DNA of 64,000 nucleotides from a bacterium (GTDB lineage Bacteria > Auribacterota > UBA3054): NCBI GenBank assembly GCA_017649705.1, contig JAGCGH010000081.1, positions 206-64,205 of the forward strand, written 5' to 3'. A program made the translations under genes and the position numbers. Below, piece by piece: positions 47,101 through 56,618 of this stretch. The stretch's first letter is position 1. Every line of letters starts with the position of its first letter. Below the pieces are notes generated by a model. The model did no database searches. It saw only the letters and a program-made list of their open reading frames with translations, and had not been told where the DNA came from.

Positions 47101-47399
47101 GCCAGGATGACGGAGGTCATGAGCCCGGGGTCTCCGTCCTCGATGACGTTCCCGCGCCAGAAATTTTCCGCCAGGGGCTCCAGGTCGGCCTCCACTCCCA
47201 AAACAGGCTGCACGCCGGCCTCCATGCAGGAATCGTAAAAACGCACGGCCCCGGACATGTTCATATGGTCTGTCAAAGCCAGAGCGGGCATCTTGAACGC
47301 CGCGGCCTGCCTGACTAGGTCCTGCAGCCGCAGCGCGCTCTTGAGAAGCGAATACTCGGAAAGGGTGTGCAAATGAACGAAGGCCATAATAATATTCAA
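44142..47399 (-). CDS. dnaE: DNA polymerase III alpha subunit
   Basis: 1085 aa. N-terminal PHP domain (FVHLHTLSEYSLL), polymerase core motifs, and an OB-fold C-terminus. Confidence 0.9.
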   Translation of the reverse strand: MNIIMAFVHLHTLSEYSLLKSALRLQDLVRQAAAFKMPALALTDHMNMSGAVRFYDSCMEAGVQPVLGVEADLEPLAENFWRGNVIEDGDPGLMTSVILARSNEGYRKLCRLLTMAWAEAGEGRAPFLRNEWLKDSGDGLIFLTGGSSGEVFRLLQKDAKVEAAECLARYQEFFGKENVFLEIQWHGLESEREVMKRQIDLARSLKIPMAAANGCLYLRKEDAGILELLKAIESGRTVDDPGELTPECNQFYFRSEEEMRAICRNIPEACDNTAEIASRCIVELNPERRTELPKFPLEIGEDSEDYLRKKAREGLLKRYPVLSKDKNCEESMKILGRFDYELDVIRKLGFADYFLIVSDYVDFARRSKIPVGPGRGSAVGSLVSYSLGITEIDPLEYDLYFERFLNPSRRKMPDIDIDFCERRRGEVIDYIRERYGRERVAQVATFSTLRAKAALQDCARVLKTPQEEVEKIWAILERFVKESNFKYGIIKAAVSDFPAMKRYLASKLDQRVRALLYAASKVEDLPRNISLHAAAVVISPSALCERIPLFGTPEDSRTQCDMFAVERMGLLKMDVLGLRTLTIIDDMLRMAFEAGEPICLEEAPLNDPEALGLIASGDTMGVFQLESEGMKRVLRRLKPRDFRDVIAVLALYRPGPMQYIDSFVARHNGEEEVTYVHPKLARVLRETYGIMLYQEQVMQALHNILGYSMSNADIFRQIMSKKKTALMEKEREKFMACAREKKIPLETAEKLYGDIASFAGYGFNKSHAAAYALIAYRMAYIKSRYPAVFMASLLNAHLGDHAFIMALVKEMKRFGVKINPPDINNISVCHRARKNPAGGWEIDFGLTGIKNVGEKLAEAAAAEREKDGPYSDLENFLLRMDRRLLQPQAVENLIRAGCFDFTGQSRAELSLLAADILESAGPRSESSLQRSFFSPLKKEAKTEEWPREVKIRYEQEVMGIYLSEHPLEAWRSFWEKKVTAASGDLAAISAETPGRIVVMGGLVTSLKRRANKKGGAFTILKMEDFQGDFEVMLWDEASEKYSRRIKAGEVWFLKGAVKEGRADLSPTVWASALKRFDPDGNELEQ

Positions 47400-47486
47400 T
47401 AATAATTTTTAATACTTATATTATACCTTATCTTCGGCGGGAACGCCAAAATGTCAACTGCCGCTATCAAATTCGACAGCGTCGGG

Positions 47487-47516
47487 CAAAAAAAGAGGGC
47501 CGCGCCGCGGCCCTCT
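47487..47516 (-). terminator. Intrinsic terminator (bidirectional-looking) after the DUF4340 gene
   Basis: Minus-strand reading: gagggccgcggcgcggccctc followed by tttttttg. Confidence 0.6.
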
Positions 47517-47536
47517 TTCCGGAAGGTTTTCCCTTT

Positions 47537-48670
47537 TCAGGCATCCTCCACATCCTCCAGCTCGTCGAAGGGAGTGCCCTTGGCGCCCTCCTCCCCGGAG
47601 GAATCCTCCTCCGCTTTTTCCGGCTGAGTCAGGGTCTCTCTGTTGATGAAAAGCTTCTTGTAGGAGCCTTTCTCGATCTCGTAGAGGAAGCGTCCGAACC
47701 ACTGGTTGTACTGCTCCGCTTCGTCAGCGGTCTTGAGATCCATGGCTTTCTCAGCGCTGGTGACCTCGTTGGTGCCCCTGTCCGGCGCTTCAAAACCGGC
47801 CTTGACTGTCAGGTAGCAGGGGGAGCCGTCTTCCCCAAGTCCTTTCAAAGTGTAAGTGAGCCCGCTTTTCAGCCTGACTTTCAAAACTTCCTTCATTTCC
47901 TTCTTTTCTTCCGAGGCGCTCTTGGCGTTCAGGTTCACCATAGGCTCGAGAAGGCGCATGAGAGCGCCGGAATTGGGCTTTTCGCCGCCGGGAAGGGTAA
48001 GATCCCCTTCCTCGCCGGAAAGGGCGTAATCAGAGCCTTCCAGCGCGACCACCTGGTCTTTTTTCAAATTCAAGACAGTGGTGTCCCGCCAGAATTCCGG
48101 CCGGGGCCCGATGCGGAAGATGGTTTTGACCAGCATGGGCTTCTCCTCGTCCCTTAGCCTGACGTACTGGCCCACGAAGAAATCCCCGGGCTGGAAAGCG
48201 CCGCCCTGCATGTCCTCCATGCTCCTGGCCTTCGTTCTGCCCACGATGAAGGAGGAGACTTTCGTGCCGTCCGGAAGGAAGGTCTCCACCAGCTGCCCGG
48301 AGTTGGTGGTGACGTCGTCGGGATCCGCCACCTTCAGCTGCTGGTAGCCGGACTTCCTGACGTTGATCTCCTGGCCGGAGCGCATATCGTAAATGTTGGC
48401 CAGAAGCTCGGCCAGGGAGGAATAGCGGGCCCGGAAATTGCTGCCGTCCATGACCAGCCAGTGGCTGCCGTCCCTCTCCAGCACGGTCTCGCCGGAATTG
48501 TCCCTTACGGTCACCTTGGAGACGTCGTTGACGGGATAGTTCTCATAGATCTTGGCCCCGAGATGCCGCGTCCGGGAGTCTTTTATTTCCTGATATTTCC
48601 TGTATCCCATGATGCCGGCCAGCCCCAGAAGAGCCGCCAGCAAAAGAATAAGCGTCGTTTTTATGTTCAT
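47537..48670 (-). CDS. DUF4340-like protein (accessory to the GldG-type ABC system)
   Basis: N-terminal TM helix and 377 aa. It sits immediately downstream of the GldG-like gene, with a 4-nt overlap. Confidence 0.5.
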   Translation of the reverse strand: MNIKTTLILLLAALLGLAGIMGYRKYQEIKDSRTRHLGAKIYENYPVNDVSKVTVRDNSGETVLERDGSHWLVMDGSNFRARYSSLAELLANIYDMRSGQEINVRKSGYQQLKVADPDDVTTNSGQLVETFLPDGTKVSSFIVGRTKARSMEDMQGGAFQPGDFFVGQYVRLRDEEKPMLVKTIFRIGPRPEFWRDTTVLNLKKDQVVALEGSDYALSGEEGDLTLPGGEKPNSGALMRLLEPMVNLNAKSASEEKKEMKEVLKVRLKSGLTYTLKGLGEDGSPCYLTVKAGFEAPDRGTNEVTSAEKAMDLKTADEAEQYNQWFGRFLYEIEKGSYKKLFINRETLTQPEKAEEDSSGEEGAKGTPFDELEDVEDA

Positions 48671-50511
48671 CTTCTTTTGATTTTGTATTGGTGACGGACT
48701 GCCAGGAAAATTCCGATGAGGCAGACCAGAAGCGGGATCAAAACGATGTTGAGAAGCTTCAGCTCGAAGCCGAGTTTTTCCTTGTCGCGGTTAAGGTTCT
48801 TCCTCACCTGCTTAAGTTCCCTGGCGATCTGCTGGCGCTGATTCTGGAACTCCTTGATCTTCTTCTCCTGCTCGGGGCTTATGATCATGCGCTGGGATTC
48901 GTCCTTCTGCTGCTGGAGCTCGTAGAGCTGGCGCTGCAGCGCCTCGTACTGCTGGGAGAGCGCCTGCTCCCTGGCCAGCCATTCGCTCTGGGCTTTTTTC
49001 TCCAGCTCCCTCACCACGGTGAAGGGCCTTTCATAGCTGTCCCTGGCCCTGATGGCAATGAGGTTCTGGTCTCCGCTCAGCTGGTTGACGGCGTTCAGGA
49101 TCAAGGTGAAGTTGTTGTTCAGGGGCTGATAGGCCTGCATGCCCATGAAGCCGATCTGGCGGATGTTGTACTGGTCGCAGAGAATGTCGGCGTCCGCGAA
49201 GACCACCACGGTGTTGTCGCCCTGGGCGTAGCTCAGAAGGTTAGTCTGTCCCGCGAAGGCGCTCTCAAACTGGCCGCTCACCTTGGCCGCCAGGTAATAA
49301 TTTTTAACGTCGGAATTGAATTTCATCCTCAGGTCGCTGGCTTCCTGGAAGACCTCCGTGATGTCGATAAGGGAGGCGTTCAGGGAGGTGGAGACCAAAG
49401 GCGTGATGGTCAGCTTGGCGTCGCTCTTGGGGATTATGGCGCCCGCCAAAGGCATCAGAAGCCTGTCCAGCTGGGCGGTCATGATCTCGTTCGCGTTGAA
49501 GCTCTCCCCCGTCGGGCTGAGCCACAGGGGGTTCTTTTCCTGGCCGCCGGTGCCGTTGCTCAGGATGGTCGGGTAATCCAGGTCGGCCACGATCTTGCCG
49601 CTCTGGATCGTGAATCCCCATTTTTCAAACAGCGCGTTGGCGTCCGAGGCGCCGAAGGGCATTATAGGGCTGTGCTCGTCCCGGTCCGCGGTGCACAAGG
49701 GGTCCACGAAGAAAATGACTTTGCCGCCCTTCATGACATACTGGTCGATGGCGATCATGGTCTCGTCCGGCCAAGCCTTGGGATGGATCACCATGAGAAG
49801 GTCGATGTCCTCGGGGATCTTGCCCTCCTGGGGCCTGATGTTTTTGACGGCGTAGTTCCTTTTCAGTTCGTTCACGATGAACCAGGGCTGCTGGACGCCT
49901 TTGGAATTGGCGCCGTACATGTCCTGCTTGTCCGTTCCGGTTACCGGAAGCGAGCTTAGTATGCCGATGGTTTTTTTCTGGGGGTGCAGCACCTGGTATA
50001 TGAGCTGCGACACGTCGTACTCCAGATAGCGCTCCCTGGAGATGTCCACCACCGGAAGCGAGGTATTCTGGTCCAGGGACTCCGCCACGATGCCGAAATA
50101 AAAGAAGCCTTCGGAATCCGGGCTCTGGCTTAAGGAAACGCGGCGCAGACCGTATTTCAGGGCCCACTCTTCCTCGTCGGAGTCAAGCTTCGGGTCCAGG
50201 ACCTCCAGCTTCAGGGCGCCTTTGGAATTGTTCTCGTATTCCTTCAGAAGGTCCTTCACCCGGCCGGCGAAAGCCTTTATGTAGGAGGGCTGCCCCGGCA
50301 GGCTGGAGGAGTAGAAAAGTTTTAGGGTCACGTCCCTGTCCAGGTTGGAGAGCATCTTTTTGGTGCCCTCCGTGAGGCTGTAGGTCTTGGCCTCCGTAAT
50401 GTCCCAGCGCAGGTAGGCTGAAGAAGCGACGAAATTGACGATGATGATGACCGCCAGCAGGGCCAAAAGCCCCACGACGGATGTCAGAAATTTCTGTGAA
50501 GAGAAGTTCAT
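48667..50511 (-). CDS. GldG-like ABC-transport auxiliary component
   Basis: 614 aa. N-terminal TM helix, large periplasmic domain, and a C-terminal TM helix with a coiled-coil EQ-rich segment. It sits in a gldA-gldF-gldG-like gene order. Confidence 0.6.
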   Translation of the reverse strand: MNFSSQKFLTSVVGLLALLAVIIIVNFVASSAYLRWDITEAKTYSLTEGTKKMLSNLDRDVTLKLFYSSSLPGQPSYIKAFAGRVKDLLKEYENNSKGALKLEVLDPKLDSDEEEWALKYGLRRVSLSQSPDSEGFFYFGIVAESLDQNTSLPVVDISRERYLEYDVSQLIYQVLHPQKKTIGILSSLPVTGTDKQDMYGANSKGVQQPWFIVNELKRNYAVKNIRPQEGKIPEDIDLLMVIHPKAWPDETMIAIDQYVMKGGKVIFFVDPLCTADRDEHSPIMPFGASDANALFEKWGFTIQSGKIVADLDYPTILSNGTGGQEKNPLWLSPTGESFNANEIMTAQLDRLLMPLAGAIIPKSDAKLTITPLVSTSLNASLIDITEVFQEASDLRMKFNSDVKNYYLAAKVSGQFESAFAGQTNLLSYAQGDNTVVVFADADILCDQYNIRQIGFMGMQAYQPLNNNFTLILNAVNQLSGDQNLIAIRARDSYERPFTVVRELEKKAQSEWLAREQALSQQYEALQRQLYELQQQKDESQRMIISPEQEKKIKEFQNQRQQIARELKQVRKNLNRDKEKLGFELKLLNIVLIPLLVCLIGIFLAVRHQYKIKRR

Positions 50512-50519
50512 TTTTGTAT

Positions 50520-51254
50520 TCAGGATGCTTTGCGGGAAGTTAAGACTACCGAGGTGGCAGCCAGCATGAATGTTATCACGGAGGCGTAGTAGATAAGGTC
50601 CCTGGTGTCGATGACGCCCCGCTGCACGGAATCAAAGCGATACATAAAGGAGAGCGAGGCGATGAAGTTGGCCACGCTCAAAGGCACGCTGCTGGCGAGG
50701 GCGTCGGTCACAGGCGCCCAGCCCGCCACCACGAAGAAAAGGCAGATGACCAAGCAGATGATGAAGGCCACCACCTGGTTCCTGGTGAGGCTGGAGGCGA
50801 AGCTGCCCACGCTCAAATAGCAGCCCGCCAGAAGGAAGCTGCCGATGTATCCGGCTATTATCTGCCCGATGTCGGGATCCCCGAGATAGCAGACGGTTAT
50901 GACCATCGGGAAAGTCAGAAGCAGCGCGATGCCGATGAAAAGCCAGCCCGCCAGGAATTTTCCCAAAATGGCCTGGGGCAGCGTCACCGGCAGCGTCAGC
51001 AAAAGCTCGATGGTCCTGGTGCGGCGCTCCTCCGCCCACATCCTCATGGCCACGGCGGGAATGAGGAAGAGGTACAGCCAGGGATGCCAGACGAAGAAGG
51101 TCCTCAGGCTGGCGTCGTTGGAGTTGTAGAAATCGCCGAACTGAAACGTGAAAAAGCCGCAGAGGATCAGGAAAATAACGATGAAGACATAGGCCACCGG
51201 GGAGCCGAAATAGCCGTTCATCTCTCTTTTCATTATGCTATAGATAGTTTTCAT
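50520..51254 (-). CDS. ABC-2 type permease (GldF-like)
   Basis: 244 aa, six predicted TM helices, ABC-2 family-like. Confidence 0.7.
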   Translation of the reverse strand: MKTIYSIMKREMNGYFGSPVAYVFIVIFLILCGFFTFQFGDFYNSNDASLRTFFVWHPWLYLFLIPAVAMRMWAEERRTRTIELLLTLPVTLPQAILGKFLAGWLFIGIALLLTFPMVITVCYLGDPDIGQIIAGYIGSFLLAGCYLSVGSFASSLTRNQVVAFIICLVICLFFVVAGWAPVTDALASSVPLSVANFIASLSFMYRFDSVQRGVIDTRDLIYYASVITFMLAATSVVLTSRKAS

Positions 51255-51256
51255 TT

Positions 51257-52189
51257 CTACTGCCTCGTGATGTTGCGGAAGACCTCGTCCAGGCGGCCCT
51301 CCTCCACATGGAACTGGGTGCTGCGCCAGCCCCTTCTTCTGATCTCTTCAGCCACCGCGGGCGCGATAATGTTGCCGTCCGCGGGCAGCGCCCTCAGGAC
51401 CAGAGACCCTTCCTGCTCTTTCAGGACCTCCACCTTCGCCACGTTGGCCAGGGCGGAAATGGCGTTTACCGCCTCGTCCTTCGGCGCGTCGTCAAGGGAG
51501 ACCGTGACCGCCTCGTAAAGGGAGGAGCGGCGCTTCAGCTCCTCGGGCGAGCCGTTGGCCACGATCTTGCCGTTGGAGATTATTATGGCCCTGGTGCACA
51601 CCGCGTCCACTTCCTCCAGAATATGGGTGGACAGGATGACGCACTTGTTCTCCGCCATGGAGGAGATCATGCGGCGCACCTCGAACTTCTGGTTGGGATC
51701 CAACCCGTCCGTGGGCTCGTCCAGGATAAGGACCGGCGGATCCGGCAGGATGGCCTGGGCGAAACAGACGCGCTGCTTGTAGCCTTTGCTCAGAGTGTCC
51801 ACGGTCTGGGGCAGGACTTTCTCAAGGCTGCAGATCTCCACCGCCCGGGACACTTTCTTTTTCAATTCCGAGCCGGAAAAACCCCTCACCTCGGCGATGA
51901 ATTTCAAGTACCCCTCCACGGTCATGTCGGGATACACCGGGGCGTTTTCCGGCAGGTATCCTATCTGCCTTTTGGCTTCCAAGGAATTTTTTATGATGTC
52001 GAAGCCGTTGATCTGGGCTGTGCCGGAGGTTGGCGGGAAAAAGCCCGTCAGCATGCGCATGGTCGTGCTTTTGCCGGCTCCGTTTGGTCCCAGGAATCCC
52101 AGGACCTCCCCTTTTTGCACTTCGAAGGTCACGTCGTCCACGGCCCTGAAGCTGCCGAAAAGTTTGATTAAATGTTGAACCTGGATCAT
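51257..52189 (-). CDS. ABC transporter ATP-binding protein (GldA-like)
   Basis: Walker A GPNGAGKST, signature LSKGYKQR and Walker B LILDEPTDGLD. Confidence 0.85.
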   Translation of the reverse strand: MIQVQHLIKLFGSFRAVDDVTFEVQKGEVLGFLGPNGAGKSTTMRMLTGFFPPTSGTAQINGFDIIKNSLEAKRQIGYLPENAPVYPDMTVEGYLKFIAEVRGFSGSELKKKVSRAVEICSLEKVLPQTVDTLSKGYKQRVCFAQAILPDPPVLILDEPTDGLDPNQKFEVRRMISSMAENKCVILSTHILEEVDAVCTRAIIISNGKIVANGSPEELKRRSSLYEAVTVSLDDAPKDEAVNAISALANVAKVEVLKEQEGSLVLRALPADGNIIAPAVAEEIRRRGWRSTQFHVEEGRLDEVFRNITRQ

Positions 52190-52289
52190 AATTTGATTTT
52201 ATTTTTGATTAGTCTTGGCAAAAAGCTCCTTTGTCATTTTGACAAAAAGAAACTGTGCCTCGCAGATAAATAAAGCAAAAAACATGCCG

Positions 52290-52718
52290 CTAGAGCCCTG
52301 TCCTCAAGACAGCCTCCCCTCTTTTGGAAAATTCCAGCCAGCGGGCGCCGGAGGGAATAAGCTCCGGAAAAAGATCGGCCCATTCCACCACGCAGATGCC
52401 CTCATCTCCCGGATATTCCTCCCAGCCGATGTTCCAGATCTCCTGGGCGCTCGTCATGCGGTAGAAGTCGAAATGAAAAACATAAGGCTTCCTGAAACGG
52501 TATTCCTGGATGAGGGTGTAGGTGGGGCTGCCCAAGAAAAGCGTGTCGGGGCCCTGGAGAGCCCTTATCACGCCTTTCACGAAGGTGGTCTTCCCTACCC
52601 CCAGGTCTCCCTTGAGGCAGAGAAAATCGCCGGCTTCCAGAAAGGCCGCCAGCCGCTCCCCCGCCGCTATGGTCTCGGCGGCGCTTTTGGCTTTCATCTT
52701 AAATTCCGAAATGCGCAT
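52290..52718 (-). CDS. tsaE: tRNA t6A biosynthesis protein TsaE (YjeE)
   Basis: P-loop GDLGVGKTTFVKG and the typical ~140-aa size. Confidence 0.75.
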   Translation of the reverse strand: MRISEFKMKAKSAAETIAAGERLAAFLEAGDFLCLKGDLGVGKTTFVKGVIRALQGPDTLFLGSPTYTLIQEYRFRKPYVFHFDFYRMTSAQEIWNIGWEEYPGDEGICVVEWADLFPELIPSGARWLEFSKRGEAVLRTGL

Positions 52719-53598
52719 ATCCTCTCCAGGATCTGACCGATCCGTCCACTAAAAGAGGCTCCTTCCCCTGGGCGTCCATAAAGCCCAAAGGGGTCAGATC
52801 CAGCTTGAATCTCCTTTGAAAATTTTTCCTTATTCTTTCGTTCCAGTTTTCCGGAGGGACCGTCAGGAGAAGCTCGAAATCCTCGCCGCCCGTCATGGCT
52901 TCCTTCAGGCCGCAGCCGGGATTCAAGGGCACCAGGTCTCCTTTAATCTTCATGGTTAGGGAGGAGGCCAGGGCCAGTTTCCGCCCGTCCTCGAAAAGCC
53001 CGTCGGAAAGATCCATCATGGCGTTCGGGGAAAGCTTTTCCCTGAGATAGCGCGCCTCTTCCAAACGGGGCTCGAAGGCAAGGTGCTTCCCGCTCTTCAA
53101 AGTTCCGCCGAGACGGCCGGTAACCAAAACATAGTCCCCCTTGCGGGCTCCCGAGCGCAAAACAGCCTTCCCTTTCGGGACAAAGCCCAGCATAGTAAGC
53201 GTGAGCGTCAGCTTTTCGCCGGCGACGCAGTCTCCGCCGGCCACCGCCAGGCCGTAACGCTCCGCCTCGTTCCCAAGGGCGCGGAAAAATCTTTCCCAAA
53301 ATCCTTTGGAAAAAGTTTTGGGCGAGGATAGGGAAAGCAGGGCGAGCCAGGGGGACCCCGCCATGGCCGCGATATCGCTCAGATTGACAGCCAGAAGCTT
53401 ATGGGCCAGTTTTTCCGGAGGAACACCCTTTAAAAAATGCGTCCCCTCCGTCAGGGTGTCGCAAGTCAGGATGAGGTCTCTCCTCCTGTCGAAGGCGGCT
53501 ACCGCGCAGTCGTCGCCTATCCCTTCCGAAAGCTCCCGGGAAGCTTTCCCTTTGGAGAAAAATTCCCGGGCGAAAAAAATAAGATCTTCTTCTCTCAT
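52699..53598 (-). CDS. thiL: Thiamine-monophosphate kinase
   Basis: …GIGDDCAVAAF…LILTCDTLTEGTHF… PurM-like ThiL motifs. Confidence 0.75.
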   Translation of the reverse strand: MREEDLIFFAREFFSKGKASRELSEGIGDDCAVAAFDRRRDLILTCDTLTEGTHFLKGVPPEKLAHKLLAVNLSDIAAMAGSPWLALLSLSSPKTFSKGFWERFFRALGNEAERYGLAVAGGDCVAGEKLTLTLTMLGFVPKGKAVLRSGARKGDYVLVTGRLGGTLKSGKHLAFEPRLEEARYLREKLSPNAMMDLSDGLFEDGRKLALASSLTMKIKGDLVPLNPGCGLKEAMTGGEDFELLLTVPPENWNERIRKNFQRRFKLDLTPLGFMDAQGKEPLLVDGSVRSWRGYAHFGI

Positions 53599-56222
53599 AG
53601 CCTGTTTTTGTCCGGCAGAACCATGATCCTGGCGGGGCTCTTGGCCTTGAGGAAATAATTGCTCAGGGAGGAAAGCTCCAGCTTCTGGGTTTCCTGGATG
53701 AGATCAGGCCATTCGTTGGTGGAGAAAAGCGTCCGGCGGTAAGAGCGTTTCATGAAATCCGGGGCGCGGCGGGCGTAGAGGGCTGCGCCTTTGGAAGCGG
53801 CCTCCCTTTCCTTCACGAATTCCGCCTGGCTGAGAGCGTTGCTGAGGGCGCTGTCGCAAAGCGCCTGAAGCCCCAGGGAAGCCTCCTCCGCCAGCTTCGG
53901 ATCCATTCTGAAATACATGCACCAATATCCCGCCCCGTAGCCGGGGTAAGCTTCGAAGCCGCTTTCCCCGAGGGCGTCCTCGCCGTATTTTTCCTTGATC
54001 TCATGCATTCCGCGCCGGAAGGTCTTCTCCATCAGATACGAGATGAAATAAGGGAGCGCCGCCCCTTTTTCGAAACCGGGCAGGATGTTGCCCGCGATCC
54101 CCATGGCTTCCTTTTCCGGAGCCGTGAAGCTCTTTTCCTTTTCCGGCTTCAATTCCTCCAGGGGCTTGGCGGCGGACCTCAGCCTGGGCTTCTGGGGCAG
54201 ACGCTCTTTTTGGGAAAGGCCTCTTTCCTTGCTGAAGAACTCCTTGCTCTCTTTGAGGATCAGCAGCGCCGTTTCCTTTTCGTTCACCGGGCCGGAAATC
54301 ACGATGGCGGTGTTGTCGGGAGTCACGTATTCCCTGTAAAAATCAGCGATGTCCTTGGATCTGATCCTTTCTATCACGAAGGGGTTTCCGTAGCGGTCCA
54401 GGGAATAGGGATGCTCCGGGAAGAGCGTTTGGCGCAAAAGCATTTCGGCGCTCTCCATGTAGTTGGTGTTCTGGGCGCCCAGGCGCGCCAGGGCGCGCTG
54501 GGAAGCCTCCTCCACGCCTTCCTTGGTGAATTTGGGATTCGTCCAGGCCCGGCAGAGGTAAGGCAATAGGTCCTTGAAGCGGCTGGCGGGGACCGTCGCC
54601 TGAAAGCCCATGATCTGGGGCTCGAACAAGGGGACGATGCTGGCGCCGCATTCCCTCAGGGTCTTTTTGAAGCCCTCGGGATCGGCGCTGCAGGAAGAGA
54701 GGAATTCGGACAGCACCGCGAAGATGCCGTTGTTGAAAGTTTCCTCGTACCAGTTGCCGCCCAGCGCTATGAAGGCGCAGCGCACCATGGTCTCGTCCTC
54801 CCTTTTCTGAATGACGAGCTCCGCCTTGCCGGGCAGGACGGTCTTGTAATGCTGGTATCCGATGTTTTCCAATATCTCCCTTTCCAAGCGCAGAAATTCC
54901 GCGGCCCTGGGCTCCAGTTTTTCCACGGGATCGCTCCAGACCATCACAAGGTCGGAGGAGCGCAGATTGGAGTCGCAGTAGCGGCGCAGGCTGTCAGGCC
55001 CAAGTTTTTTCAGGCTGCGGGCCCTGTCCTGGAGCCCGAAGGGTCCGCCCTTCTTGACGGAGGATTTGATGAGGCCCTTCGCCACGCCTTCCGAGGAGGC
55101 GCACTCCGAAGCCAGTTCGCTCAGGATAAGGTCGGCCTCGCCTCTCACTTCCTGTTCGCTGAATTTCTGCCGCGCGGCCTCCATGAGCCAGTCCCTTATG
55201 ATGATCCTGGCCTTGGGGCAGTCCACGGGATAAATTTTGCAGAAGACCTTGAGGGAAAGCCCGCTGAGCTCCTCCTCCTGGCAGAATTCCACCGGAATGC
55301 GCTGCTGGAATTCGCTGGCCAATCGCTTCTCCAGCTCCGGCACGCGCTTTTTCAAGATCCTGGTGAAAGTCAGGGCGGGAGCCGTTCCCAAGGACGCCGT
55401 GGGCCTCAGGACGAAGCCCGCGCAGACGAAGCTGTCCTGGCCCTTGGAAGTCCTCATGGCGATAGCGCTCCCCCGCTCCTCGTTCACGAAAAGACGGTCG
55501 TCCTTCAGGAAAACTCCCTCGGGAAGTTTCGCCAGGCACTCCTTCACGCACTCCTCCATGCCGAAGCCGAAAAGGCTGCCGGCCATGGCCAGGGAGGCGT
55601 TGCCGGAGACGAAAACGCACTTTTGATATTTTTCGAGATCAGTTATGGTCAGTTTGGCGATCTGGGCGGAGTATCCCCGCATGGGCGCGGCTTCCTGGAT
55701 GGTGTCGAAAGCCGTCCTGCGCCAGAGGGACAAAAGGGCGTATTTCTCCTCCTCCTCGCATTCCGCCATATCGGCGGACAGCTTGTCCCTGATATTAAGA
55801 AACTCCTCTTCCGAAACGCCCGGCGCTCCCAGGATCGCGAAGACCGCCTTCAGGGCCTCCTTCATGGGTTCCCTCAGTCCGCTGAGGGATATCTCCAGGG
55901 AATCCCTGTTCAGTTCCACCGAGACCTTGACTTCCTGCCAGGGGCAGTCCGGCGCGAAGCGCGCCCTTTCGATGGCCCTGCTTAGATACCTGGCGTTCAG
56001 GAAGGCCAGCCCGCTGCCCATGAGCGTCCCTTCGGCGGAGAGGCCTCCCAGGAAGGAGACGCGCACCGCGATCTCCGGGTCTCCCGGAATGTCGGCGGAA
56101 TAGATGACCGAACCCAGGCTGCTGACATAACTGGTCAGGGTGTAGCTGGGCAGAAGCTCCTCCGCGGCGAAGGCCGCGCAGGAAAACAAAAGGAGGGCGA
56201 ATGCGGATCTCAAAAATTTCAT
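53595..56222 (-). CDS. Secreted M16 (pitrilysin/insulinase)-like two-domain protein lacking an HxxEH zinc motif
   Basis: 875 aa with a signal peptide and M16-like tandem domain organisation. No HxxEH is visible. Confidence 0.45.
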   Translation of the reverse strand: MKFLRSAFALLLFSCAAFAAEELLPSYTLTSYVSSLGSVIYSADIPGDPEIAVRVSFLGGLSAEGTLMGSGLAFLNARYLSRAIERARFAPDCPWQEVKVSVELNRDSLEISLSGLREPMKEALKAVFAILGAPGVSEEEFLNIRDKLSADMAECEEEEKYALLSLWRRTAFDTIQEAAPMRGYSAQIAKLTITDLEKYQKCVFVSGNASLAMAGSLFGFGMEECVKECLAKLPEGVFLKDDRLFVNEERGSAIAMRTSKGQDSFVCAGFVLRPTASLGTAPALTFTRILKKRVPELEKRLASEFQQRIPVEFCQEEELSGLSLKVFCKIYPVDCPKARIIIRDWLMEAARQKFSEQEVRGEADLILSELASECASSEGVAKGLIKSSVKKGGPFGLQDRARSLKKLGPDSLRRYCDSNLRSSDLVMVWSDPVEKLEPRAAEFLRLEREILENIGYQHYKTVLPGKAELVIQKREDETMVRCAFIALGGNWYEETFNNGIFAVLSEFLSSCSADPEGFKKTLRECGASIVPLFEPQIMGFQATVPASRFKDLLPYLCRAWTNPKFTKEGVEEASQRALARLGAQNTNYMESAEMLLRQTLFPEHPYSLDRYGNPFVIERIRSKDIADFYREYVTPDNTAIVISGPVNEKETALLILKESKEFFSKERGLSQKERLPQKPRLRSAAKPLEELKPEKEKSFTAPEKEAMGIAGNILPGFEKGAALPYFISYLMEKTFRRGMHEIKEKYGEDALGESGFEAYPGYGAGYWCMYFRMDPKLAEEASLGLQALCDSALSNALSQAEFVKEREAASKGAALYARRAPDFMKRSYRRTLFSTNEWPDLIQETQKLELSSLSNYFLKAKSPARIMVLPDKNRL

Positions 56223-56617
56223 CGCAGGGATCTGAGGATTTCCTGGGCGGTCTCAGGGCTCAAACTACCGGCGGGCGGGAAATGATAGCCGTCCCCCGCC
56301 TTCCTGGGAATAAGATGCCAGTGGCAGTGATGCACGGACTGCCCCGCCGCCTCTCCGTTGTTGATGAGGATGTTGACGCCGTCGCAAGGGAGGCACTCCT
56401 TCATCTTGGCGGCCAGGCGCTGCACCAGGTCAAGGACGGGATAAAGGTCCTTGGGATCGGCTTCGAAAATGTTTTTGATGTGCTTTTTCGGCAGCACCAG
56501 CGTGTGCCCGTAGGAGAGGGGGCCTATGTCTAAAAAAGCATAGGCCTCCTCCGTCTCGGCGACTTTGTAGGAGGGTATCTCCCCCTTTATGATCTTGCAG
56601 AAAATGCAATCTTCCAT
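56219..56617 (-). CDS. HIT-family hydrolase
   Basis: Histidine triad HHCHWHLIP. Confidence 0.8.
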   Translation of the reverse strand: MEDCIFCKIIKGEIPSYKVAETEEAYAFLDIGPLSYGHTLVLPKKHIKNIFEADPKDLYPVLDLVQRLAAKMKECLPCDGVNILINNGEAAGQSVHHCHWHLIPRKAGDGYHFPPAGSLSPETAQEILRSLR

Positions 56618-56618
56618 T

